The notes under the pieces were generated by a model. That model searched no databases. It was not told the DNA's origin and saw nothing but the letters and a program-made list of their open reading frames with translations. From a virus (lineage: Duplodnaviria; Caudoviricetes), in the IMG/VR virus record IMGVR_UViG_3300023218_000040, positions 140,015 to 204,014 of that record: DNA of 64,000 nucleotides; one strand, given 5' to 3'. A program made the translations under genes and the position numbers. Positions 9,477 to 18,907 of this stretch are shown piece after piece; positions within the stretch are counted from its first letter, which is position 1, and every line of letters starts with the position of its first letter.

Positions 9477-9836
9477 ACAGTTGCTTGAGCGAACACTTGA
9501 AGCTCTACGGACGGCGGTTCGATTCCGCCCATCTCCACTAAACGATGGACATAGAGTAGCAGTGAGTGTACACCGGTACTCTATTTTCATTAGCGGCAGA
9601 TAACGCACAACTGCCACATCTCTGGGGATGCCCTGGTTTTGACGTGGTGATGGATGGCTAGTAGTGAGACTGTCGGGTTAGACTACCCCCGTAAAGGTTC
9701 ACCCAAAGTATCTGCAAACGATGCTGTATATGACGAGGAGGTTCTTCCTCTCGCTGCATAAGCGGGAGCCAAGAATTCCTACTGCGGCTTAACAACCCGC
9801 AACGTCCGGGGTCTAACGAGCCTTGTTACCAAAATC
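9477..9836 (+). ncRNA. ssrA: Circularly permuted two-piece tmRNA; tag (A)ANDAVYDEEVLPLAA* at 9714-9761
   Basis: T-arm GGCGG-TTCGATT-CCGCC and acceptor 3' strand CATCTCC-A (9530-9537) precede the 5' strand GGGGATG (9624); G3.U70 Ala identity; CTGGTTTTGAC; tag reading frame ending AA-stop. Confidence 0.93.
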
Positions 9837-9840
9837 CTAG

Positions 9841-9867
9841 AAAGGGGAGCCTGTGTGCTCCCCTTTT
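9841..9867 (+). terminator. Intrinsic terminator after tmRNA
   Basis: GGGGAGC/GCTCCCC stem followed by TTTT. Confidence 0.8.
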
Positions 9868-9972
9868 GCTTTCCGTAATATTACTCGTCAATCATTTCAC
9901 CAAGAAACTTTTATGCATAGTGAGTTTCAGGGATATATACTTTATGAAAAAATTAACGAGGAGACTCTAATA

Positions 9973-10293
9973 ATGGATACAAATAGCAAGATGAGCTATG
10001 CGACTGGTCGAAAGCTCAGAATTATTGAAGAAAACATTGGAGAGGATTGGCGAAATCTTCATCCGGGGAAGTCTATTGATGCTGTGTATAATATGATTAC
10101 CGGAGACAGTCGTAAGAACTTGTTCTGCAAGATCGACCCGGATATAAAGTGCAAGCTGGATGAGATGGTGGATTTCCATGATACAAAGATGGCCGAGCTT
10201 GTTGAAAAGCTGATCGAAGAGGAATATGATAGGTTTGTTATGATGCGCAATGCCAAAGTGAACGAGATGGCATCGCAGTTTGCCATTGGTTAA
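9973..10293 (+). CDS. Hypothetical protein, possible ribbon-helix-helix DNA-binding C-terminus
   Basis: RBS GAGGAG; KIDPDIKCKLDEMV...KMAELVEKLI pattern. Confidence 0.55.
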   Translation: MDTNSKMSYATGRKLRIIEENIGEDWRNLHPGKSIDAVYNMITGDSRKNLFCKIDPDIKCKLDEMVDFHDTKMAELVEKLIEEEYDRFVMMRNAKVNEMASQFAIG

Positions 10294-10307
10294 CATAGGA
10301 ATCAACC

Positions 10308-10553
10308 ATGTACGACATTGAGCTTTGCCCCTTTTGCGGTTCAAAAGCGTACCCAGAATTTTGTCAAGACCTGATGTTCTCATTTGTGGTGGAATGTATC
10401 AACCACAAGTGTAAGGCCCACGGCCCACGAGTGCGGGTGCCGATGGAAAAACAAGGTAGAAAGCGATGGGAGGAGTTCGCTTCTCCGTATAGAGAAGAAT
10501 CAGTCTTTCGTTGGAATGATCGTGTCTCTTGTGTAGCAAAGGCAGATTGTTGA
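10308..10553 (+). CDS. Lar-like (restriction alleviation family) Zn-finger protein
   Basis: LCPFCGSKA...VEC...C.A.GP...A..RWN.R. Confidence 0.65.
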   Translation: MYDIELCPFCGSKAYPEFCQDLMFSFVVECINHKCKAHGPRVRVPMEKQGRKRWEEFASPYREESVFRWNDRVSCVAKADC

Positions 10554-10584
10554 ACTTTAGCACACTGATACCTACATTCGAGTT

Positions 10585-10983
10585 ATGGAACAACTGGTGA
10601 CAGTATTTGAAGTGGATAAGCCCACGTACAACAACGTGGTCTACCCCCGTAAAGTTATCATGGCGGCTATAGAACAGTTTCAGACTCGTCTCAAAGAAAA
10701 TAACGATGCGATCCCTGGTGAATGCCAGATGGTTAATGTTGATGAAATGAACCCGGGGGCGATAATGAATATCAACCTAGGTAACGTGAGCCATGTCGTG
10801 AAATATATTTGGATGGATGGTAACAAGGTTGTAGCCAAGATCATGTTGGTAGGAAAATACGCCGAGCTGGCTAAAGCGGGCGTGAAGTTTTCAGTTATTC
10901 CAAGAGCGTTAGGTAGCCTATCACGTGATGATGTGTGTGATTCCTACTCTTTGATTACACTCGATCTTCACTACACGGAATGA
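10585..10983 (+). CDS. T4 gp21-like prohead protease homologue, probably catalytically degenerate
   Basis: N.VVYPR.V...GE...INL.NVSH.V..IW.DGN.V..K...GVKF.V.PRALGSL follows the U9 peptidase pattern. Confidence 0.6.
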   Translation: MEQLVTVFEVDKPTYNNVVYPRKVIMAAIEQFQTRLKENNDAIPGECQMVNVDEMNPGAIMNINLGNVSHVVKYIWMDGNKVVAKIMLVGKYAELAKAGVKFSVIPRALGSLSRDDVCDSYSLITLDLHYTE

Positions 10984-10987
10984 AAGC

Positions 10988-13150
10988 ATGCACATCAAAG
11001 AAGATATCAAGTTGGACTACTCGGACGTTCTTATTTGTCCCAAAAGGTCAACTCTTGGTAGTCGTTCTGCCGTAGAACTAATCCGAACCTACAAATTCCG
11101 TCACGGCAAGAAATATTGGAGTGGCGTGCCTATTATGGCAGCCAACATGGATGGCGTCGGTACTTTCTCCATGGCCAAGGTGCTTCAGAAGCATGGCATG
11201 ATGACAGTCATTCGAAAGCACTACACGTTGAACGATTGGCAGAAGAATGCTAATGATTTGGATTGGAACTACATTGTGGCATGCACGGGCAGCAATGCGA
11301 TCTTTGATAACGATGCAACCGACTATAAACTCCTTCATCAAGTATGCGAGCGTTGGCCAGTACGGCATATATGCATCGATGTTGCGAACGGTTACCAGGA
11401 GAACTTTGTCGAATTCGTTGAGCAAGTTCGCAACGACTTCCCTGAACATACTCTGATTGCTGGAAATGTCTGCACGCCCGAAATCACCGAGCAGTTGATC
11501 CTGAGCGGTGCCGACATTGTGAAGGTGGGTATTGGTCCAGGATGTCTTGCTGCTGGCAGTAGAATCCTCATGTCGAATGGGTTGTACAAAAACATTGAGG
11601 ATGTACAAGCGGGTGATCGGGTAATAGTACAAAGTGGTAATGCCGCTACAGTTAACCGGCAATTCTCTACCGGATATCGACAGGTCACTTCAGTGACAAA
11701 TGGTTCTTTTCATCGACCTTTGATTCTGACGCCAGATCATCGATGTTTCTTAGGAGACCTATCATCCACTTCGAAATCTACTGTTCAGTCTCGTGGCTAT
11801 CGAAAGATCTTAGAAAAGCCCACCAGAACCGGAGAATCCAAACTGCGATGGATGCCCATCGAAGATGCGGAACATACTGTAGCATTGATGCCTAAAACAA
11901 TCGAATTCGAATTGCCTGATTCTTTCGATGTAGACATTTCTGAACACTTTACTCGAAACCATGAGTATAAAACTTGTGTCGAGTCTAATTATGACTTCGG
12001 ATATGTACTTGGTTTCTTTCTTGGTGACGGAAATGCCAATGTTCGCACAAATCATACTGTGGATGGTGATTCCACATCCGGACAACTGCGTTGGTATCTG
12101 AATGCCAACGACACGGTGATGATTCAGAAGCTAGTGCAAGCAATCGGCAATGTAACCGGAAAGGAACCAGTATTGGAAACGAGTGGTTCGGTTACACATG
12201 TCGTTCTGTATTCCAAACAGTGGACTGAATTCTTTGCCACATTTGGGAAGCAAGAGAAAAAGCACATCCGAGAAGAATTCATGTGTCTGAACAAAGAATA
12301 CAATACCGGTCTTCTGGATGGATTGGTTGATTCTGATGGATTCACCAGTAATGATGGTCGCATCGGATTTACTAACACATCAGAATCATTGATTGAGTTG
12401 TTCGATGTGGTTTGCTATCTGGTGCATGGTAGCTTCCCGACATCTTCGTCTAAAGGAATCTGTCATTCTGCCCTTATACCGAATACTACGAAAGAAGCCT
12501 TCGTTAGTCGATTGAATGTTTCCCATGAGGCCCGACTGTTAGATGATTACGGTGTTGTAAAAATTCTAAACCGTACCGAACATAACATTGAGGTTGAGGT
12601 TTTTGATTTGGAAATCGATGACCCATCACATAGTTTCATTGCTAACAATATGATTGTTCATAATTCGGTCTGTACGACTCGCATCGTGACTGGCGTTGGC
12701 TATCCGCAGCTATCTGCGGTAATCGAGTGCGCTGACATTGCTCACCAACACAAAGGCATGGTCATCGCTGATGGTGGATGCACTGTTCCTGGTGACGTTG
12801 CCAAGGCTTTTGGTGGCGGTGCTGATTTCGTGATGCTTGGTGGTATGCTCGCTTTCCATGACGAGTCTGAAGAAGTTGATGAGTCTGATGGTACGGTGAA
12901 GTTCTACGGAATGAGCAGCAACGATGCAATGGGTCGTCATGGTGCTCGAAAGGATGGATATCGTACAGCCGAAGGTAAGGCTGTAGAGATGGAGTCCCGT
13001 GGTCCTGTGAACAACACTGTCGAGGAAATCTTGGGCGGTCTCAAGTCTACCTGCACGTATGTTGGTGCGGAGTCACTGAAGGAGCTAAGTAAGCGTACCA
13101 CATTCGTACGAGTCAACCGAACTCACAACAGAGTATTTGGAGACGGGTAA
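10988..13150 (+). CDS. guaC: GMP reductase interrupted by an intein
   Basis: LDYSDVLICPKRSTLGSRS, PIMAANMDGVGT, DVANGY, KVGIGPG|SVCTTR, ADGGC, AEGK; the exteins total 346 aa. Confidence 0.93.
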   Translation: MHIKEDIKLDYSDVLICPKRSTLGSRSAVELIRTYKFRHGKKYWSGVPIMAANMDGVGTFSMAKVLQKHGMMTVIRKHYTLNDWQKNANDLDWNYIVACTGSNAIFDNDATDYKLLHQVCERWPVRHICIDVANGYQENFVEFVEQVRNDFPEHTLIAGNVCTPEITEQLILSGADIVKVGIGPGCLAAGSRILMSNGLYKNIEDVQAGDRVIVQSGNAATVNRQFSTGYRQVTSVTNGSFHRPLILTPDHRCFLGDLSSTSKSTVQSRGYRKILEKPTRTGESKLRWMPIEDAEHTVALMPKTIEFELPDSFDVDISEHFTRNHEYKTCVESNYDFGYVLGFFLGDGNANVRTNHTVDGDSTSGQLRWYLNANDTVMIQKLVQAIGNVTGKEPVLETSGSVTHVVLYSKQWTEFFATFGKQEKKHIREEFMCLNKEYNTGLLDGLVDSDGFTSNDGRIGFTNTSESLIELFDVVCYLVHGSFPTSSSKGICHSALIPNTTKEAFVSRLNVSHEARLLDDYGVVKILNRTEHNIEVEVFDLEIDDPSHSFIANNMIVHNSVCTTRIVTGVGYPQLSAVIECADIAHQHKGMVIADGGCTVPGDVAKAFGGGADFVMLGGMLAFHDESEEVDESDGTVKFYGMSSNDAMGRHGARKDGYRTAEGKAVEMESRGPVNNTVEEILGGLKSTCTYVGAESLKELSKRTTFVRVNRTHNRVFGDG
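11543..12664 (+). mobile_element. Intein (374 aa) with LAGLIDADG homing endonuclease
   Basis: Starts CLAAGSRI, ends FIANNMIVHN before Ser+1; GFFLGDG and GLVDSDG blocks. Confidence 0.92.
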
Positions 13151-13157
13151 TGCCCGT

Positions 13158-13357
13158 TTGAAAGATGCTTGTCCCCTTTGTGGTAATGAGAAAGATAAGC
13201 GGTCACGGCGCTGTAAAAAGTGTTTCATGACAAAAATCAAACCAAGAAGTGGAACAGGAAACGGATGGGTGTTGCATTCCACTGGTTACATTACTGCATG
13301 ATATGGATAGCGAAACAGCTAAAGAACTAAGCAAACTAGGTCATTTGGAAAGATAGG
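13158..13357 (+). pseudogene. Probable HNH homing endonuclease remnant
   Basis: Fragment LKDACPLCGNEKDKRSRRCKKC...GNGWVLHSTGYITA* followed by a short MDSETAKELSKLGHLER*. Confidence 0.4.
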
Positions 13358-13360
13358 GTT

Positions 13361-13576
13361 ATGTGTCCAATTTATGAATACCGGTGTACTGTCTGTGGCC
13401 ATGAGCTAGAGGAGATACAGAAATTCAGTGATGATCCACTTGTGAAGTGCCCCAAGTGCAACAAGCCAAAGTTGGAAAAGCAGATCTCACTGAGTACCTT
13501 CCACCTGAAAGGTAGCGGTTGGTACAAGAAAAAGAACACCATTGAAATCAAGAAGCACGAATCGCTCAAAGATTGA
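13361..13576 (+). CDS. FmdB-family zinc-ribbon protein
   Basis: PIYEYRCTVCGH..E...CPKC...S...FHLKGSGWY. Confidence 0.85.
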   Translation: MCPIYEYRCTVCGHELEEIQKFSDDPLVKCPKCNKPKLEKQISLSTFHLKGSGWYKKKNTIEIKKHESLKD

Positions 13577-13630
13577 TTTCTGAATATTCGGTGTATACAT
13601 TCATAGTGGTCAATAACGAGGACCACTATC

Positions 13631-14140
13631 ATGCGTTGGTTTCATGTTGTAGCAAAAATTTGTAAGTCTCTAGGTCTCTACCATCTTATTCTGGATAGGG
13701 AGAATAATGAGCCATATCTTCACAGATACTACTTGTTGAATACCCGTTGGCTTGATCCAATTTTTCCCAAGCTGTCCTATCGACTAGTTCTTCACAACTG
13801 TGTGAAGTCTGATATTGATGGACTGCATGATCATCCGTGGGATTGGAAATCTATGATCCTGGAGGGTGGATATTGGGAGACCCTTCCGATAGTCAACAAT
13901 GACTCGATGACTGAAGATATTAAACCCCAGAAGGTTCGAAGGATTTGGCGTGGTCCGGGTAATGGTTGGCGTTCGTGCAAATCTACTGATTATCACCGAT
14001 TAGAGCTTCCGCATGAAGGTGCTGAATGTTGGTCTCTGTTCCTGATGGGTCCACGGAAGAAGGATTGGGGCTTTCAGGACCGTAATGGAAACTGGGTTCG
14101 GTGGGATGAATACATCAACAACCGAGAGAAGTATATCTGA
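13631..14140 (+). CDS. Conserved phage cupin-like protein
   Basis: YLHRYYL..LH...D...HDHPW..S.IL.GGY.E...H..E..WSLF.MG. Confidence 0.65.
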   Translation: MRWFHVVAKICKSLGLYHLILDRENNEPYLHRYYLLNTRWLDPIFPKLSYRLVLHNCVKSDIDGLHDHPWDWKSMILEGGYWETLPIVNNDSMTEDIKPQKVRRIWRGPGNGWRSCKSTDYHRLELPHEGAECWSLFLMGPRKKDWGFQDRNGNWVRWDEYINNREKYI

Positions 14141-14416
14141 CATCGTTCTACTAAAGTCCCAGAAAACTCCACATCATCCAGATGAGGATTTGAGAAAACC
14201 GATTAAATACCATCGGGAGCAACTGGATAGGGTATCAAAGAGTTTGGATTCGACAGTAGCATTGGCGACGTTAGCCGTAGGTTGGAGTATTCTGAGAATA
14301 AAAAGACTAAATTCTACAGTTTCCTGGGGAAAACCTAGACAATCGCCCAACGCTGTGTTATAGTATGCCTCACGCTGACAAAATGTTTCCCGTAACAGCA
14401 CACGAGGGCAGAACCA

Positions 14417-15820
14417 ATGAATGATGACAATACACCGGAGGTCGGGACCGACGGTCTAAAGGCTGCGATGGACCATGCCGTCACCCCTTCCGGGCTACTG
14501 ACTTGTCTGGAGCACCTTCTGAGTAGCCGAACCACTGACGGCGGATCCAAAGAGCAGGCAGCCGTGATGGTTTGGGGTGCCATGGGCATCGGCAAGACCG
14601 ACGTGGTTCGCAGCGTCGGCAAGCTGTGGGGCATGCGAATCGTGGCTCTCCACCTTCCGCAGTTCGATCCCACCGACATCAAGGGCATCCCCGTCAAGAT
14701 GGAGGACGACAAGGTGGTTTGGGTTCCGTCGAGCTACCTCCCGCAGTTCGTCACCCGGCGCATCACCGAGTCGAAGACCGCTGAGACCATCGATTTCCAC
14801 TGGCCCGCCGCCGATGGAGTCATGGTGCACGTTCGCAAGGACGGCAAGACCGTGGGTCGCTTCAACGACCAGATGAACGGCGACCTGAACAAGCTCGAAC
14901 TCAATGTCGAGATCAACGAGGGTGAAGTCACGGTCAGCGGTAAGGATCTTCAGGGTCTGGAGATCGAGGTCGTGGACAAGGCCATTATCTTCCTGGACGA
15001 GTTGAGCGCTGCGGTGCCCGAGGTCCAGAACGCTGCCCTCCAGCTTGTGCTGGACCGCCGGGTGGGCGAGTACGACGTGCCGCCCTTCACGCCCATCGTC
15101 GCCGCCGGTAACCGGGAGTCGGACGCTGCGTTCGTAAGCCCGATGTCGGCTCCGCTGTGCAACCGCTTCGTCCACCTTCGCCTCGTGCCGAGCCTGGACG
15201 ACTGGTTGGAGTGGGCGATGCTCAACCGGGTCCACCACGAAATCCTGGGCTACCTTCAGTGGAAGAAGAGCGGTCGCCTCTTTCAGTTCAACGCCGACTC
15301 GATGACCGAGGGTGACTGCGGATTCCCGACGCCCCGTTCGTGGTCGAAGCTCTCCGAGCAGATGCACGGCATCCACAGGTTGCCCAAGGCAGTGCAGGAT
15401 TCCATCATCACCGGCTTCGTCGGAAAGGCTGTCGGTCACGAGTTCATCCAGTATCGTGAGGTCTGCGAGCTACTGCCGAGCACTGACGATATTCTTCAGG
15501 GTAAGAACGTGGAAATCTCGGATGCTCTCGACGTGGGTGCGAAGTACGGTCTGGCGACGGCACTGTGCTACGCCATCAAGGAATACTTTGACAAATACTA
15601 CGACGAGAGCATCAGTGACGTAGAAAAGCAGCCTGATGAGTGGCGCACGGCGACCAAGGCGTTCTGTAACTTCATCGACCAGCACCTGGGTCGGGAGATG
15701 ACGGTGCTCTGCGTGCACATCGTGTCGAAGCACCTGGGTATCTCCTTCACCACGTTCCGTGGCACGGAGTTCCAGGGCTTCGCCAAGAAGTACCGCACCA
15801 TCCTCCGCAAGACCGTTTAA
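14417..15820 (+). CDS. MoxR-like AAA+ ATPase with an internal insertion
   Basis: Walker A GAMGIGKT, Walker B IIFLDE, VAAGNR, PLCNRF, PTPRSW. Confidence 0.85.
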   Translation: MNDDNTPEVGTDGLKAAMDHAVTPSGLLTCLEHLLSSRTTDGGSKEQAAVMVWGAMGIGKTDVVRSVGKLWGMRIVALHLPQFDPTDIKGIPVKMEDDKVVWVPSSYLPQFVTRRITESKTAETIDFHWPAADGVMVHVRKDGKTVGRFNDQMNGDLNKLELNVEINEGEVTVSGKDLQGLEIEVVDKAIIFLDELSAAVPEVQNAALQLVLDRRVGEYDVPPFTPIVAAGNRESDAAFVSPMSAPLCNRFVHLRLVPSLDDWLEWAMLNRVHHEILGYLQWKKSGRLFQFNADSMTEGDCGFPTPRSWSKLSEQMHGIHRLPKAVQDSIITGFVGKAVGHEFIQYREVCELLPSTDDILQGKNVEISDALDVGAKYGLATALCYAIKEYFDKYYDESISDVEKQPDEWRTATKAFCNFIDQHLGREMTVLCVHIVSKHLGISFTTFRGTEFQGFAKKYRTILRKTV

Positions 15821-15834
15821 CGAGAGATCATCTC

Positions 15835-17310
15835 ATGGTATACCCAATGGCAATGTCTGGCAGTATCGTGGACTCTCGGGGCAACCCGTTCTTCGGAGCG
15901 GGTAGCCCCGGCACTCCCGATGATGTCCACAAGTTCCAGGCGAAGCTCGCCAACCGAATGGGTAAGGCGTATCGCAAGGACGACTTCAAGGATGAGGATG
16001 CCTACAACGAGATGATCGTGGCAAAGGCCAGGATGCTCAAGGATCTGCCTTTCTGGGGCATCCTGGCCTTGACGGTCAAGCTGGTGGAAGTGGATGAGAT
16101 CCCAACACTGGCAACGGACGGCATTCACGTTTACTACAATGCCGAGTTCGTGAAGAAGCTCACCCGTGGCGAGCGTGTGTTCGCCATGGCCCACGAGATC
16201 TATCACTGTCTGTACGAACATGCAGGCAAGAACACTCGTGCCATGTCATACATTGGCTTCAATCCCAGTGAGCGTGACCCGGCAAAAGTCGCTGACATTC
16301 GAGATAAACTGGCACTGTGGAACTACGCTGCGGACTTCATCGTGAATGATGGTCTGGTGGAGGCACGTGTCGGTGAGTTCATCAAATCCATCGGAATCCT
16401 TCACGATGAGAAGTTTCGTGGATGGGCAGTGGAGGAGGTCTATGAACACCTTCAGCAGAACCCGAATGAGGTACCGAAGAACGCTCAGACGATGGACACA
16501 CATATCGAAGTTGAGGTCGTGCCTGATGATGAGATGGGCGAAGGTGACGGTGAACAGCCGCAGCCGGGTGATGGCAATGGTCCCATGAAGGTGCGAATCA
16601 AGCAGTCCGATTTCGAGAAGATGCAGAAAGACTGGCAAGACAACATGGTTTCGGCTGCGGCGGCTCAGAGGGAGCACGAGCAGCGCACTCGTTCCGCCGG
16701 TTGCATCCCGACCGGAGTACAGAGGCTCATCGATCAGCTTTCCAAGCCGAAAGTGGACTGGAAGCGTGCGCTGCGCCGCTACGTGATGGCGGTGACGCAT
16801 CATCGCTACAGCTTCAGCCGTCCGAACAAGTCTCTGTTTAGTAACGGCTGGACTCTACCTGGGTTCCGTGATCGAGTGCATGAGCTTGATATCGTGGTCA
16901 TGGTGGATACCAGTGGGTCCATCGGTCAGGAAGAATTGACAGCATTCGTGTCCGAACTTCAGGGTATCATGAATTCATGGAAGCGATACAAGATTCACGC
17001 ATGGTGCTTTGACGGCGCTGTCATCGAGGACAGCAAGGTCGAATTGGTCAAAGGCAGCCATGGTGCCTGGGACGACGTGAAGAAGTTCGCAGAGCGCATT
17101 GGTGGTGGCGGCGGTACTAACTTCGAAGTCAATTGGGATTATATGAAGGAGAACCGCATCAAGCCTCGGCTGGCTCTAATGCTCACGGACGGCATGCCGT
17201 TCGGTAGCTGGGGTGACGTGAGCTACTGCCCGACTATGTACATGATTATCGGGAATCCCCGAGCCGAGGGTCCGAAGGGTGCAATCACTATGCACTACGA
17301 GGATGCCTAA
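15835..17310 (+). CDS. DUF2201-type metallopeptidase + vWA domain protein
   Basis: TLATDG, HEIYH (HExxH), A.D..VN; MIDAS DTSGS, GGGGT.F, LTDG. Confidence 0.85.
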   Translation: MVYPMAMSGSIVDSRGNPFFGAGSPGTPDDVHKFQAKLANRMGKAYRKDDFKDEDAYNEMIVAKARMLKDLPFWGILALTVKLVEVDEIPTLATDGIHVYYNAEFVKKLTRGERVFAMAHEIYHCLYEHAGKNTRAMSYIGFNPSERDPAKVADIRDKLALWNYAADFIVNDGLVEARVGEFIKSIGILHDEKFRGWAVEEVYEHLQQNPNEVPKNAQTMDTHIEVEVVPDDEMGEGDGEQPQPGDGNGPMKVRIKQSDFEKMQKDWQDNMVSAAAAQREHEQRTRSAGCIPTGVQRLIDQLSKPKVDWKRALRRYVMAVTHHRYSFSRPNKSLFSNGWTLPGFRDRVHELDIVVMVDTSGSIGQEELTAFVSELQGIMNSWKRYKIHAWCFDGAVIEDSKVELVKGSHGAWDDVKKFAERIGGGGGTNFEVNWDYMKENRIKPRLALMLTDGMPFGSWGDVSYCPTMYMIIGNPRAEGPKGAITMHYEDA

Positions 17311-18281
17311 TGTTTGCCAAAGGCGCATCTGCTATTACGCATGAGCTAGGCAAAGCCCGCATCACTGATCACGGACTGTACATGGAAGTACTGTTCCGTG
17401 ATCGTGAGTTAATTGGTGACGTTATGGGGATAGGCGTCAGTACTGGTTTTCCCAAGCCAGTGAAGTTTGTAACCATCAAGAATTCCCCAACATCATACAG
17501 AATAGAATGGTGGACAAGAGGCAAGTGCCACAATCCCTTTGGCGGTCCATCTGTATACGTCCAATCACTAACGAATTTGAATGAGTATTACACTCAGCCA
17601 AATGGGACATATGGGAGGGACAACGGCCCCTGTATAATCGAACATCAGTATGGTGTTTCATATCGAGAAGAATGGGCAAACAAGCATGGCAAATTACATA
17701 GAGTTGGTGGTTCGTGCTATACCAATATTCGGTACGAAAAGGCGAACACCGAATTTGGTGAGTATCTGAAACATGTAGGTCATGATCCGGAATTCATAAT
17801 GTACATGCCGCCGATCACCAAGATTGATATCCTTCGTGATCAGACTTTCGAATGGAAACAGAATGGACAGTTCGTGGACAGCGATGATCATTGGAGCCAA
17901 CAAAGCGATCACAATGTTGCTGAAAGCATCCAAGTAACACCGGATCTTGATATTATTAAGACTTCAATAGTTGGCTCTCGTGAACTTCGTTGGTACAATT
18001 CCAATGGTGAACTAAATCGGTTGAACGGTCCTGCTGTGATCAAGTTCACTAATGTCAAGGAAGTATCTAAGAACGATAAATCCATGCCATGGCAATTCTC
18101 CGCCTGGAGAACCGAGTGGTTTATTAACGGAAAATTCATACCGTTTCTCAGAATAAACGATTGGGTGAAACGTAATGGGTTTCGAATTAACAACCATCCA
18201 TGTCATGACCGTAGAGCTTTCACTACGGATGAAGCTGAAGTTTGTTTCCTGGCTGATTTCGTGGGTGGTCATCCAAACTGA
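17310..18281 (+). CDS. Hypothetical protein with GxLHR/LNR.GPAVI-type repeats
   Basis: GKLHRVGG and GELNRLNGPAVI motifs; coupled start (TAATG). Confidence 0.6.
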   Translation: MFAKGASAITHELGKARITDHGLYMEVLFRDRELIGDVMGIGVSTGFPKPVKFVTIKNSPTSYRIEWWTRGKCHNPFGGPSVYVQSLTNLNEYYTQPNGTYGRDNGPCIIEHQYGVSYREEWANKHGKLHRVGGSCYTNIRYEKANTEFGEYLKHVGHDPEFIMYMPPITKIDILRDQTFEWKQNGQFVDSDDHWSQQSDHNVAESIQVTPDLDIIKTSIVGSRELRWYNSNGELNRLNGPAVIKFTNVKEVSKNDKSMPWQFSAWRTEWFINGKFIPFLRINDWVKRNGFRINNHPCHDRRAFTTDEAEVCFLADFVGGHPN

Positions 18282-18904
18282 CTTTTCAGTTCTCTGGCAA
18301 TCGCTGCGTTATTGAACGGCAACACACGCAGGGTTCGATTCAAATGCTTGCACACGATACCACGCTCGCCTGGATTTCTAATGCGTGGATATCTCTCTTC
18401 CGGATAGATCGCAGCATCTAGTACAGTACAAATGTACTGATATCCCCAATACAAAAATGATGGACATGTGCAGTGAAGTCTAATATTCCCGACCCACAGC
18501 AATAAACGTGCTCTTTCATTGTAATCAAAATCGGGGTCAGAGCCGATATTATCCCATTCTTCAAACATGAAGCTGTTAATGTAGTTGATACGGTTCTTCT
18601 CGAACTCGGATGATGGTACCCGAAAGTTCATCGTGTTTCTTGGCTTGAAACCAATAAAGAATGCTCCCTGAAGTTCATCAGACCGAATTTTCTGATTTAA
18701 GAATCCACCATCGATTTGCTGAGCCAACTGCTTGTACGTTGCTTCGTTGATCTGAGCAACTTCAGGCATAGACACCTGGACGTATGGAGAGAAATGCTCA
18801 CATACATCACGCTCACTATTCCAATTAAGGGATCCCAGGCCATGTTCATGATCTTGGAATCCCCATTGGTATGTTGGCTCTTTCCTCAGTTCACCAAGGT
18901 TCAT
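18269..18904 (-). CDS. SWIM-like Zn-finger protein of large phages
   Basis: HCTCPSFLYWG...VCKHL. Confidence 0.6.
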   Translation of the reverse strand: MNLGELRKEPTYQWGFQDHEHGLGSLNWNSERDVCEHFSPYVQVSMPEVAQINEATYKQLAQQIDGGFLNQKIRSDELQGAFFIGFKPRNTMNFRVPSSEFEKNRINYINSFMFEEWDNIGSDPDFDYNERARLLLWVGNIRLHCTCPSFLYWGYQYICTVLDAAIYPEERYPRIRNPGERGIVCKHLNRTLRVLPFNNAAIARELKSQFG

Positions 18905-18907
18905 ACT

